A program made the position numbers and the translations under genes. The notes under the pieces are model-generated. The model did not search any database. It was not told the origin of the DNA and worked only from the letters and a program-made list of their open reading frames with translations. A DNA stretch of 64,000 nucleotides, from assembly GCF_032444005.1 (NCBI RefSeq), contig NC_091291.1, positions 129,952,001-130,016,000 of the forward strand, in the 5' to 3' direction. Positions 12,301 to 23,839 of this stretch are shown here, in pieces (position 1 is the first letter of the stretch; each line of letters opens with the position of its first letter). This DNA comes from Ranitomeya imitator. Lineage: Eukaryota.

Positions 12301-15300
12301 AGGGGAGATGCTGTGCACAGGGAGGAGGAGAGGGGAGATGCTGTGCACATGGAAGGAGGAGAGGGGAGATGCTGTGCACAGGGAGGAGGAGAGGGGAGAT
12401 GCTGTGCACATAGAGGAGGAGAGGGGAGATGCAGTGCACAGGAAGGAGGAGAGGGGAGATGCTGTGCACATGGGAGGAGGAGAGGGGAGATGCAGTGCAC
12501 AGGGAGGAGGAGAGGGGAGATGCTGTGCACAGGGAGGAGGAGAGGGGAGATGCTGTGCACATGGGAGGAGGAGAGGGGAGATGCAGTGCACAGGGAGGAG
12601 GAGAGGGGAGATGCTGTGCACAGGGAGGAGGAGAGGGGAGATGCTGTGCACAGGGAGGAGGAGAGGGGAGATGCTGTGCACAGGGAGGAGGAGAGGGGAG
12701 ATGCTGTGCACAGGGAGGAGGAGAGGGGAGATGCTGTGCACAGGGAGGAGGAGAGGGGAGATGCTGTGCACAGGGAGGAGGAGAGGGGAGATGCTGTGCA
12801 CATGGGAGGAGGAGAGGGGAGATGCTGTGCACAGGGAGGAGGAGAGGGGAGATGCTGTGCACATAGAGGAGGAGAGGGGAGATGCTGTGCACATAGAGGA
12901 GGGGAGATGCTGTGCACAGGAAGGAGGAGGAGGGGAGATGCTGTGCACAGGGAGGAGGAGGGGAGATGCTGTGCACATAGAGGAGGAGAGGGGAGATGCT
13001 GTGCACAGGAAGGAGGAGGAGGGGAGATGCTGTGCACAGGGAGGAGGAGGGGAGATGCTGTGCACAGGGAGGAGGAGAGGGGAGATGCTGTGCACAGGGA
13101 GGAGGAGAGGGGAGATGGTCTGCACATGGAGGAGAGGGGAGATGCTGTGCACAGGGAGGAGAAGGAGGGGAGATGCTGTGCACAGGAAGGAGGAGGAGGG
13201 GAGATGCTGTGCACAGGGAGGAGGAGAGGGGAGATGCTGTGCACAGGGAGGAGGAGAGGGGAGATGCTGTGCACAGGGAGGAGGAGAGGGGAGATGCTGT
13301 GCACAGGGAGGAGGAGAGGGGAGATGCTGTGCACAGGAAGGAGGAGGAGGGGAGATGCTGTGCACAGGGAGGAGGAGAGGGGAGATGCTGTGCACAGGGA
13401 GGAGGAGAGGGGAGATGCTGTGCACAGGGAGGAGAGGGGAGATGCTCTGCACATGGAGCAGAGGGGAGATGCTCTGCACAGGGAGGAGGAGAGGGAAGAT
13501 GCTGTGCACAGGGAGGAGGGGAGATGCTGTGCACAGGGAGGAGGAGAGGGAAGATGCTGTGCACAGGGAGGAGGAGAGGGGAGATGCTGTGCACAGGGAG
13601 GAGGAGAGGGGAGATGCTGTGCACAGGGAGGAGGAGAGGGGAGATGGTCTGCACATGGAGAAGAGGGGAGATGCTGTGCACATAGAGGAGGAGAGGGGAG
13701 ATGCTGTGCACAGGAAGGAGGAGGAGGGGAGATGCTGTGCACAGGGAGGAGGAGAGGGGAGAGGCTGTGCACAGGGAGGAGAGGGGAGATGCTGTGCACA
13801 GGGAGGAGGAGAGGGGAGATGCTGTGCACATAGAGGAGGAGAGGGGAGATGCTGTGCACAGGAAGGAGGAGGGGAGATGCTGTGCACATAGAGGAGGAGA
13901 GGGGAGATGCTGTGCACAGGAAGGAGGAGGAGGGGAGATGCTGTGCACAGGGAGGAGGAGGGGAGATGCTGTGCACATAGAGGAGGAGAAGGGAGATGCT
14001 GTGCACAGGAAGGAGGAGGAGGGGAGATGCTGTGCACAGGGAGGAGGAGAGGGGAGATGCTGTGCACAGGGAGGAGGAGAGGGGAGATGGTCTGCACATG
14101 GAGGAGAGGGGAGATGCTGTGCACAGGGAGGAGAAGGAGGGGAGATGCTGTGCACAGGAAGGAGGAGGAGGGGAGATGCTGTGCACAGGAAGGAGGAGAG
14201 GGGAGATGCTGTGCACGTGGGAGGAGGAGAGGGGAGATGCTGTGCACAGGGAGGAGGAGAGGAGATGCTGTGCACAGGAAGGAGGAGAGGGGAGATGCTG
14301 TGCACGTGGGAGGAGGAGAGGGGAGATCCTATGCACAGGGAGGAGGAGAGGGGAGATGCTGTGCACAGGGAGGAGGAGAGGGGAGATGCTCTGCACATGG
14401 AAGGAGGAGAGGGGAGATGCTGTGCACAGGTAGGAGGAGAGGGGAGATGCACTGCACAGGAAGGAGGAGGGGAGATGCTCTGCACAGGAAGGAGGGGAGA
14501 TGCTCTGCACAGGGAGGAGGAGAGGGGAGATGCTGTGCACAGGGAGGAGGAGAGGGGAGATGCTGTGCACAGGGGGGAGGAGAGGGGAGATGCTGTGCAC
14601 AGGGAGGAGGAGAGGGGAGATGCTGTGCACAGGGAGGAGGAGAGGGGAGATGCTGTGCACAGGGAGGAGGAGAGGGGAGATGCTGTGCACAGGGAGGAGG
14701 AGAGGGGAGATGCTGTGCACAGGGAGGAGGAGAGGGGAGATGCTGTGCACAGGAAGGAGGAGGAGGGGAGATGCTGTGCACAGGGAGGAGGAGAGGGGAG
14801 ATGCTGTGCACGTGGGAGGAGGAGAGGGGAGATGCTGTGCACAGGGAGGAGGAGAGGGGAGATGCTGTGCACAGGAAGGAGGAGAGGGGAGATGCTGTGC
14901 ACGTGGGAGGAGGAGAGGGGAGATCCTGTGCACAGGGAGGAGGAGAGGGGAGATGCTGTGCACAGGGAGGAGGAGAGGGGAGATGCTGTGCACATGGGAG
15001 GAGGAGAGGGGATATGCTGTGCACAGGTAGGAGGAGAGGGGAGATGCTGTGCACAGGGAGGAGGAGAGGGGAGATGCACTGCACAGGGAGGAGGAGGGGA
15101 GATGCTCTGCACAGGAAGGAGGGGAGATGCTCTGCACAGGGAGGAGGAGAGGGGAGATGCTGTGCACAGGGAGGAGAGGGGAGATGCTGTGCACAGGGAG
15201 GAGGAGAGGGGAGATGCTGTGCACAGGGAGGAGGAGAGGGGAGATGGTCTGCACATGGAGGAGAGGGGAGATGCTGTGCACATAGAGGAGGAGAGGGGAG

Positions 15301-18300
15301 ATGCTGTGCACAGGGAGGAGGAGAGGGGAGATGCTGTGCACAGGGAGGAGGAGAGGGGAGATGCTGTGCACAGGGAGGAGGAGAGGGGAGATGCTGTGCA
15401 CATAGAGGAGGAGAGGGGAGATGCTGTGCACAGGAAGGAGGAGGAGGGGAGATGCTGTGCACAGGGAGGAGGAGAGGGGAGATGCTGTGCACAGGAAGGA
15501 GGAGGAGGGGAGATGCTGTGCACAGGGAGGAGGAGAGGGGAGATGCTGTGCACGTGGGAGGAGGAGAGGGGAGATGCTGTGCACAGGGAGGAGGAGAGGG
15601 GAGATGCTGTGCACAGGAAGGAAGAGAGGGGAGATGCTGTGCACGTGGGAGGAGGAGAGGGGAGATCCTGTGCACAGGGAGGAGGAGAGGGGAGATGCTG
15701 TGCACAGGGAGGAGGAGAGGGGAGATGCTGTGCACATGGGAGGAGGAGAGGGGATATGCTGTGCACAGGTAGGAGGAGAGGGGAGATGCTGTGCACAGGG
15801 AGGAGGAGAGGGGAGATGCACTGCACAGGGAGGAGGAGGGGAGATGCTCTGCACAGGAAGGAGGGGAGATGCTCTGCACAGGGAGGAGGAGAGGGGAGAT
15901 GCTGTGCACAGGGAGGAGAGGGGAGATGCTGTGCACAGGGAGGAGGAGAGGGGAGATGCTGTGCACAGGGAGGAGGAGAGGGGAGATGGTCTGCACATGG
16001 AGGAGAGGGGAGATGCTGTGCACATAGAGGAGGAGAGGGGAGATGCTGTGCACAGGGAGGAGGAGAGGGGAGATGCTGTGCACAGGGAGGAGGAGAGGGG
16101 AGATGCTGTGCACAGGGAGGAGGAGAGGGGAGATGCTGTGCACATAGAGGAGGAGAGGGGAGATGCTGTGCACAGGAAGGAGGAGGAGGGGAGATGCTGT
16201 GCACAGGGAGGAGGAGAGGGGAGATGCTGTGCACAGGGAGGAGGAGAGGGGAGATGCTGTGCACAGGGAGGAGGAGAGGGGAGATGGTCTGCACATGGAG
16301 GAGAGGGGAGATGCTGTGCACAGGGAGGAGAAGGAGGGGAGATGCTGTGCACAGGAAGGAGGAGGAGGGGAGATGCTGTGCACAGGGAGGAGGAGAGGGG
16401 AGATGCTGTGCACAGGGAGGAGGAGAGGGGAGATGCTGTGCACAGGGAGGAGGAGAGGGGAGATGCTGTGCACAGGGAGGAGGAGAGGGGAGATGCTGTG
16501 CACAGGGAGGAGGAGAGGTGAGATGCTGTGCACAGGAAGGAGGAGGAGGGGAGATGCTGTGCACAGGAAGGAGGAGGAGGGGAGATGCTGTGCACAGGGA
16601 GGAGGAGAGGGGAGATGCTGTGCACAGGGAGGAGGAGAGGGGAGATGCTGTGCACAGGGAGGAGGAGAGGGGAGATGCTGTGCACAGGGAGGAGGAGAGG
16701 GGAGATACTCTGCACATGGAGCAGAGGGGAGATGCTGTGCACAGGGAGGAGGAGAGGGAAGATGCTGTGCACAAGGAGGAGGAGAGGGGAGATGCTGTGC
16801 ACAGGGGGGAGGAGAGGGAAGATGCTGTGCACAGGGAGGAGGAGAGGGGAGATGCTGTGCACAGGGAGGAGGAGAGGGGAAATGCTGTGCACAGGGAGGA
16901 GGAGAGGGGAGATGGTCTGCACATGGAGGAGAGGGGAGATGCTGTGCACATAGAGGAGGAGAGGGGAGATGCTGTGCACAGGAAGGAGGAGGAGGGGAGA
17001 TGCTGTGCACAGGGAGGAGGAGAGGGGAGATGCTGTGCACATAGAGGAGGAGAGGGGAGATGCTGTGCACAGGAAGGAGGAGGGGAGATGCTGTGCACAT
17101 AGGAGGAGAGGAGATGCTGTGCACAGGAAGGAGGATGAGGGGAGATGCTGTGCACAGGGAGGAGGAGGGGAGATGCTGTGCACATAGAGGAGGAGAGGGG
17201 AGATGCTGTGCACAGGGAGGAGGAGGAGGGGAGATGCTGTGCACAGGGAGGAGGAGAGGGGAGATGCTGTGCACAGGGAGGAGGAGAGGGGAGATGCTGT
17301 GCACAGGGAGGAGGAGAGGGGAGATGGTCTGCACATGGAGGAGAGGGGAGATGCTGTGCACAGGGAGGAGAAGGAGGGGAGATGCTGTGCACAGGAAGGA
17401 GGAGGAGGGGAGATGCTGTGCACAGGGAGGAGGAGAGGGGAGATGCTGTGCACAGGGAGGAGGAGAGGGGAGATGCTGTGCACAGGGAGGAGGAGAGGGG
17501 AGATGCTGTGCACAGGGAGGAGGAGAGGGGAGATGCTGTGCACAGGGAGGAGGAGAGGGGAGATGCTGTGCACAGGGAGGAGGAGAGGGAAGATGCTGTG
17601 CACAGGGAGGAGGAGAGGGGAGATGCTCTGCACATGGAGCAGAGGGGAGATGCTCTGCACAGGGAGGAGAAGAGGGAAGATGCTGTGCACAGGGAGGAGG
17701 AGAGGGGAGATGCTGTGCACAGGGGAGGAGAGGGAAGATGCTGTGCACAGTTAGGAGGAGAGGGGAGATGCTGTGCACAGGAAGGAGGAGAGGGAAGATG
17801 CTGTGCACAGTTAGGAGGAGAGGGGAGATGCTGTGCACAGTTAGGAGAGGGGAGATGCTGTGCACAGTTAGGAGGAGAGGGGAGATGCTGTGCACAGTTA
17901 GGAGGAGAGGGAAGATGCTGTGCACAGGGAGGAGGAGAGGAGAGATGCTGTGCACAGGGAGGAGGAGAGGGGAGATGCTGTGCACAGGGAAGAGAGGGGA
18001 GATGCTGTGCACAGGGAGGAGGAGAGGGGAGATGCTGTGCACAGGGAGGAGGAGAGGGGAGATGCTGTGCACAGGGAGGAGGAGAGGGGAGATGCTCTGC
18101 ACAGGGAGGAGAGGGGAGATTCTCTGCACAGGGAGGAGGAGAAGGGAGATGCTCTGCACAGGGAGGAGAGGGGAGATGCTGTGCACAGGGAAGAGAGGGG
18201 AGATGCTGTGCACAGGGAGGAGGAGAGGGGAGATGCTGTGCACAGGGAAGAGAGGGGAGATGGTGTGCACAGGGAGGAGGAGAGGGGAGATGCTCTGCAC

Positions 18301-18350
18301 AGGGAGGAGGAGAGGGGAGATGCTGTGCACAGGGAGGAGGAGAGGGAAGA
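9352..18350. repeat. About 9-kb 30-bp G-rich minisatellite (roughly 300 units)
   Basis: Unit GGGAGGAGGAGAGGGGAGATGCTGTGCACA with 27-31 bp variants. The unit has no stop codon, which produces the kb-long ORFs on both strands. Confidence 0.99.
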
Positions 18351-18414
18351 TTTTTTTTGTAGCCTTTTCATTGAACAGTGTCTAATCTGAAGAGGTTTCC
18401 TTTCAAGATCTGCT

Positions 18415-18860
18415 TTAAACCCCTTCACCCCCGGGTGGTTTTTATTTCATTTCTGTTTTTTCCAGGAGCCACAACTATTTTATTTTTTTTACATCAGTCT
18501 TGCTGTATGAGGGCTTGGTTTTTTGTGGGACAAGTTGTACTTTTCAATGACACCACTAATTTTACCATACAATCTACTTGAAAAACGGAAAAAAAATCCA
18601 AGTGTAGTGAAATAAAAAAAAAATGCAATTCCACAATTGTTTTTTGGGTTTTTTATTAACCATGTTCACTATATAGTTAAACTGAGATATTATGATTCCC
18701 CAGGTCAGTACGAGTGCGCAGATACCAAACATATACAGGTTCTTTATTTATTTATTGCTTAAATAATTTCGAAACTTAAATAAAAAAAAAGTTTTTGCAT
18801 TTGTCGCCATTTTCCGAGAGCCGCAGCGTTTCCATTTTTCTGGGTCTGGGCGAGGACTTG
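18415..18860. mobile_element. piggyBac-like non-autonomous DNA transposon fragment abutting the minisatellite
   Basis: Starts TTAAACCCCTTCACCCCC; body resembles 22.9-23.3 kb. Right boundary approximate. Confidence 0.45.
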
Positions 18861-19216
18861 TTTTTCAAAAGTTAGATTAAGTTAAAAATAAAAATTTCTC
18901 TTATGAACATTAAAGTGAATTTGCCATAGAAATAAATTGGAAGAGATTTCTGAGAGTTTTTGAAGCAGTTTTTTTTTTTAGTTGATGGGAGATGATCTAC
19001 TGAAAAAAAAATCTTTTGAAAAACGCTCAATGTGAACAGAGACAGTAAATCCAAAGGGTAAAACATTTCTAATGAAGCGTAATTGCAACAAAATGTGCTG
19101 TAAAAATAAACAATATCTTCTTAAGGGTCACATCAGACTGTGAGGAGGTGTCTGATAGATTTTTTTTTTCAGGCTCTAGCCTAGATGTAGTCAGAAACAT
19201 CCTACGAGGATGCTAA

Positions 19217-19440
19217 GGCCTGTCTCACACGTCCAGATAATTCCGGTACTGGAAAAATCGGTACCGGAGTTATCCGTGTGTTCACGTGGCACATCAGTGT
19301 GGCACACGTGCTGCAGCCGTGTGCCGACTGGGTACCACACGGACCGTGCAGGAGACAGCGCTACAGTAAGCGCTGTCCCCTGCTTTGGGTGCTGAATCCA
19401 GAATTCATTCATTCTTCCCAGCAGCGTTCGCTGGAGAGAA
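19217..19440 (+). mobile_element. Harbinger-type MITE, left part
   Basis: TAA|GGCCTGTCTCACACGTCCAGATAATTCCGGTAC terminus; inverted homologue at 21368-21735. Confidence 0.6.
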
Positions 19441-20214
19441 GGAATGAAAAATCAGGGATGGGGGGTTTTGTGTGTGTTTAAGTTCCCGGTCAGCTCCCGC
19501 CTCCCTCACCCTGTGCGCCACCCGCTGGCATTAAAATACTTACCCAGCTCCCTCGATGCTTCCTCTCAGCGTCGCAGCTTGTCCTGTATGAGCGGTCATG
19601 TGGTGCCGCACATTACAGTGATGAATATGCGGCTCCACCCCTATGGGGTTTAATCCATTTTGATTGGAAGCAATGATGACTGCATGTGCAGAAGAAAATG
19701 ATGATTTCAAGCATCGGCGCCCTTTTAGAGCAACCAGTCTGCTCTTAGAATTCAATCAGAATGATATCAGTTGCCTTGTCCTTGTTAAAACTTTCTCCTG
19801 AGTTAACGAGACGATCGCTGAAGTTGTGTAAGCAAGTCATTTTGTGGCAGGGCTGAATTTCAGTGGAAATAGGGCGTTTCTCATTAAGTTAATTTTCATG
19901 GCAAGTAATGACTCAATTTTTTTTTGCAATCCGCTACAAAAACTGAAGCAGCAAACTTTGAAAAAACCAAAATTTGTGACAAGTCCCATAACTTTTGGCC
20001 ACAATCGCACATCTTCTCTACACTGTATTGTCGCCAGTGCTGGGTATTGTCATTGTTCCTCCGAATAGAAATCATGATGCGAATGTGATCAGACTAGTAG
20101 TGCCCCAAGAAAGGCCTTGGGGTTGCAATCATGACCATGATGCCAAAATATCATTGTACTTCATATCCAGTGCAAGTTAAATGCCAGACATTTAAAAAGA
20201 TGACAGGCAGAGAA

Positions 20215-20295
20215 ACACACAGGAAGACGCCAGCGTCAGCTGCATTTACTTGTTTCCTGCACAGAAAAGGTAGAGGAGCGTTCATTACTGATCAT
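20215..20295 (+). promoter_or_regulatory. Putative CD3gamma/delta proximal promoter
   Basis: ETS cores CAGGAAG (20220-20226) and TTCCTG (20254-20259) lie directly upstream of exon 1, with no TATA box. Based on motifs only. Confidence 0.4.
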
Positions 20296-20328
20296 ATGCA
20301 GCGCTGGGAATCAACACGACACATCATC

Positions 20329-20386
20329 ATGGTCACCTTTTATTTTGGGCTTGTTGTTGCTTTCCTCGTTAAGGGCGCATTTTCAG
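20329..20386 (+). CDS. CD3G/D: CD3gamma/delta exon 1 (signal peptide MVTFYFGLVVAFLVKGAFS)
   Basis: ATG in Kozak context (atcATGG), hydrophobic leader, phase-1 donor CAG|gtcagt. Confidence 0.8.
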
Positions 20387-20584
20387 GTCAGTAGAGGGGA
20401 CATGGAAAGTGGTGCAAATTAGTTTTTTTTTTTTTTTAAATATTGCAGATATTAAACTAAATGTTGGGGGGATGCAACTGCAGATAAAATGGAAGCTGTA
20501 CACTAATTCGAGGAAAACAAATACTGCAATGATCACTTGTGATGACTTATTTTAATTTATTTTTTTCTGTCATTCTTTCCAAAG

Positions 20585-20632
20585 ACCCTGCCCAAGATAA
20601 AGACCCTGCCAAAGATAAAGACCCTGAAATCC
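20585..20632 (+). CDS. CD3G/D: CD3gamma/delta exon 2 (DPAQDKDPAKDKDPEI)
   Basis: Long pyrimidine tract with ccaaag| acceptor and |gtaagt donor; 48 nt, phase 1-1, in frame with exons 1 and 3. Confidence 0.75.
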
Positions 20633-21160
20633 GTAAGTAACCTCTCATTACATGTGATTGTTACTGTCTTGGATTTCTTTATGCCAGTGCTGCACGGCTC
20701 TGTGATTTTCTTTTCCGCGGCTATTTAATTGTTGCAAGAGAATAAAATAAAATGCCAGCACATAATAGCCAGTTTGCAAGCTAACCACAGTCCAAAAATT
20801 GATTCAATTAGAATTTTTGGTTTCATTTTTTTTTTTTACAGTTATTTTAAATTTTGCACTACACCATCACTTGTTCGATGCAATGCGACATGGCCATCTG
20901 TGTCGTGCAAAAGTCAGCGCGTGGACGGAGCCCTAATCTGAAGGCATAGTACCACAGAGGGGAATCTGCTTGTTGCTGGGTTTTTCTTCAGTGATTATAT
21001 CCTAATTTATGGCTATATTTTAGGGCCGGTCAAGTGAAGATAATATTCAGGGTATGTGCAGAGTCTTTAGGAGTCGTTCACAAGTTTTTCCATTGTAAAC
21101 CATTTCAGGAAAGCTCCTACTAGGCATCTTTTTTGCCTTGAAGCGTTGTATGGTACGGTA

Positions 21161-21295
21161 ATTATTATTTATTATTATTATTATTTATTTATAAAGCACC
21201 ATTAATTCCATGGTGCTGTACATGAGAAAAAGGTTACATACAGGGTTATAGATATCGTTTACAGTAAACAAATTTACAATGACAGACTGGTACAG
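21161..21295 (-). mobile_element. L2-type LINE 3' tail
   Basis: Minus strand reads TGTACAGCACCATGGAATTAATGGTGCTTTATAAATAAATAATAATAA (stem-loop plus TAA tail). Confidence 0.6.
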
Positions 21296-21367
21296 TGGGT
21301 TTTTATTTTCTTTCATATTATTATTATTATTTTTTTTTAAATATGCCCCCCAAAACATTCACAAAAT

Positions 21368-21735
21368 GCCGGTTTCACACGTCAGTGGCTCCGGTACGTG
21401 TGATGTCAGTTTCCTGACATGTCGGTGTTCGTGGGAGCGCACGGACCCATTAAAGTCAATGGGTCCATGTAAACACGTACCGCACACGGATGCTGTCCGT
21501 GTGCCATCCGTGTGCTGTCCGTGTGCGTTTTTCCTGCCATAGGGTTAAAATTGTAAAAATTGTTGCAAGACACAGACAGCACACGGACAGCACACTGACA
21601 GCACACGGACCCTAAAAAGGTACTCGCGGACATCACACGGATCCCACACGGATGGCCTACGTGAGCACACGGCCACGGATAACTCCGGTACCGTTTTCTC
21701 CGGTACCGGAAATATCTGGACGTGTGAGACTGGCC
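21368..21735 (-). mobile_element. Harbinger-type MITE, same family as 19217
   Basis: Terminal inverted repeats GCCGGTTTCACACGTC ... GACGTGTGAGACTGGCC. Confidence 0.65.
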
Positions 21736-23458
21736 TGAAACACTTAACATTTTGGGAAACCTGAAGCAGATCAAAAATAATCCAAAACTTGAACGTATGA
21801 ACAGCAATAGAAATGAATAGGAAAAGTATTTCAAGTATTTTTTTTTTTGAAGTTTTTCTGTTTTTTTTATGAGCAGACACGTTCCACAAAATACCTAATA
21901 AAAAAAAAAAAATCTGAGTAAATATAGTCGAAGACTTCTTAGAACCCTTTGTTGACAAAGCCATTCTTTCCGTCAAAATTTCTGGGACCCCAACAAAAAC
22001 CTCAAAGATCCTTATAAATCAATGACATTTGACAGAATTCAATGGGATCCATTCACCATCGCTCCGATTTTCACGTATATGTGAGATCCTAAGTGTGTGT
22101 GTGAATTTGGTCCAATTTGCTGATTAACGTACATGAACTATATGGAGAGATCTATGTGCCCCATCCACATTACACCTACAGGAACTTTTATCATTTTTTG
22201 TCCTAAATCCATAGATATTTATATGGAGTCCATCCCCCCGTTTGTTATGAGACAAGTTTAGGACAGGGATTGTTAATAATAAAAATGTAAATTTGATTAA
22301 TTACATTTTTTACTAATCAGTTTACTTATAAAAAAAAAGAGAGAAATTAGGGGCAAATTGAGCAACATCCTGTAAAAGAAAAACTGTTGCCCATAGCAAC
22401 CAATCACAGCGCAGCTTTTATTTTACCAGGGCCATTTAAAAAATGAAAGCTGCTCTCTGATTGGTTGCTATGGGAAACAAGGACAGGTTTTCTTTTCGGG
22501 CCTATAAAAGATTTGTATATTAAAGCAGATTCTTATCTTCCAGTTTTCAGTCTCCAATTGGCTTTCTCTGAGCCGTCAAAATGGAAATGATTATATTATA
22601 TATAAAATAATAATAATAACAATTATCATTATTAGAATACACATGTATTATATATTTTTTCTTTTAAGTGCGGCTGATGTCGCACAGTCAAAGGGGTCTA
22701 TACCCCTGAATATTAAAATTATTATTATTCATTTTTCTAATTACTCAGTATACTTGAAAAAAAAGTATAATCAGCATCAGGGCCGACTCCAGGTTTATCC
22801 CCTAGGGACACTGTTCACTTTGGATTTTTCCCCTTCGTCTTGCAAAAGCTGTAAAAAAAAAAATTAGATTTTTCAATTGGTAGAGTTGCATCAGGGCTTA
22901 TTTTTGCATTTTGCCATTTTTATCGTTACCATTTTGGGGTCCAAACGACTTAAGGATGTCTTTATAGTTTCTTTTTGAGGTGCAAACTGAAAAAAAAAAC
23001 ATTGATTTTGCCACTTTTTAATTTTTTTTCTTCAATATTCATTGTATGGGATATAAATATTATGCTTTTTGATTAGTTTAGTCAGTGATGGCAAACACTT
23101 TTATTTTTTATTTTTTTAGAGTTTATTTTTTTACTCTGGGAAAGGAGAGGAGGATTTGAAATGTAATATTTATTTTTTTTATATTTTTTTTTTTTATTTT
23201 TTTTATTGTTTCCTCTCGGGGAACTTGAACCTGCAGTCACTTGATCACTTGTACAATGTACTGGAATAAAGCAGCCTCCCACGCCGGCTTCAATGGCAGT
23301 GTCACTGGCAACTCGCAATCATGTTGAGGAGCGGTCGATGGGCATCCGGAGGGACCCCTTGCCCCATTTCCAGTCTCTTAAATGCCGCTCTTGTGATTGA
23401 TAGCAGCATCTAAGGGAGCCCTATCTCCAATCACAGCAGCCAACACCCGCTTAGTATG

Positions 23459-23501
23459 GACCCGTAGAAGCGCTCATGTGTAGCGCGAAACGGCCGTCGT
23501 C
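23459..23501 (+). ncRNA. Degenerate Penelope-type (type I) hammerhead ribozyme motif
   Basis: GAC-CCGTAGA-A-GCGC(loop)GCGC-GAAA-CGGCCG-TC-GTC. Stems I, II and palindromic III are intact; the core is CCGUAGA instead of CUGANGA. Confidence 0.55.
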
Positions 23502-23839
23502 TCATCTGCCGCACTCCCACCCCTCTTTTTCTACTCCCCCGTGCTGTGAAGATGTACCGCATGGTGTTTCAATAAAGGACACTTGAAACTGCAGATTTGG
23601 CGAGTGCTGTTGCGTTCTTCTACTTTTTTGGTATGGAGCAGGCTCGGCTCATGAGCCTGCTCCATACATCAATGTGCACCTCTGTTGTCAGACTCGGACT
23701 GGCCCACCAGAGAACAGGAGAATCCTCCGGTGGGCCATCATGTAGGGATGGGCTCTCCATGCCACTTATATGAGAAGTAGGTGGCACAATATATGTTTCA
23801 CTATGTACAGACAAGGGCATCACCTCAACATTCATCTAA

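Noticed and set aside
9039-18428. ORFs of up to 2893 aa on both strands
   Set aside because: They are translations of a stop-free 30-bp minisatellite, open in nearly all frames with no domain content.
9300-20300. A second CD3 gamma or delta paralogue in the mammalian CD3G position
   Set aside because: No DPRG, CxxC-TM or ITAM exon was found; the interval is satellite and transposon remnants.
20296-20328. Upstream in-frame ATG for CD3gamma/delta (MQRWESTRHII extension)
   Set aside because: Weaker Kozak context, and the 20329 start already gives a normal 19-residue signal peptide. The TSS is unknown, so it is not fully excluded.
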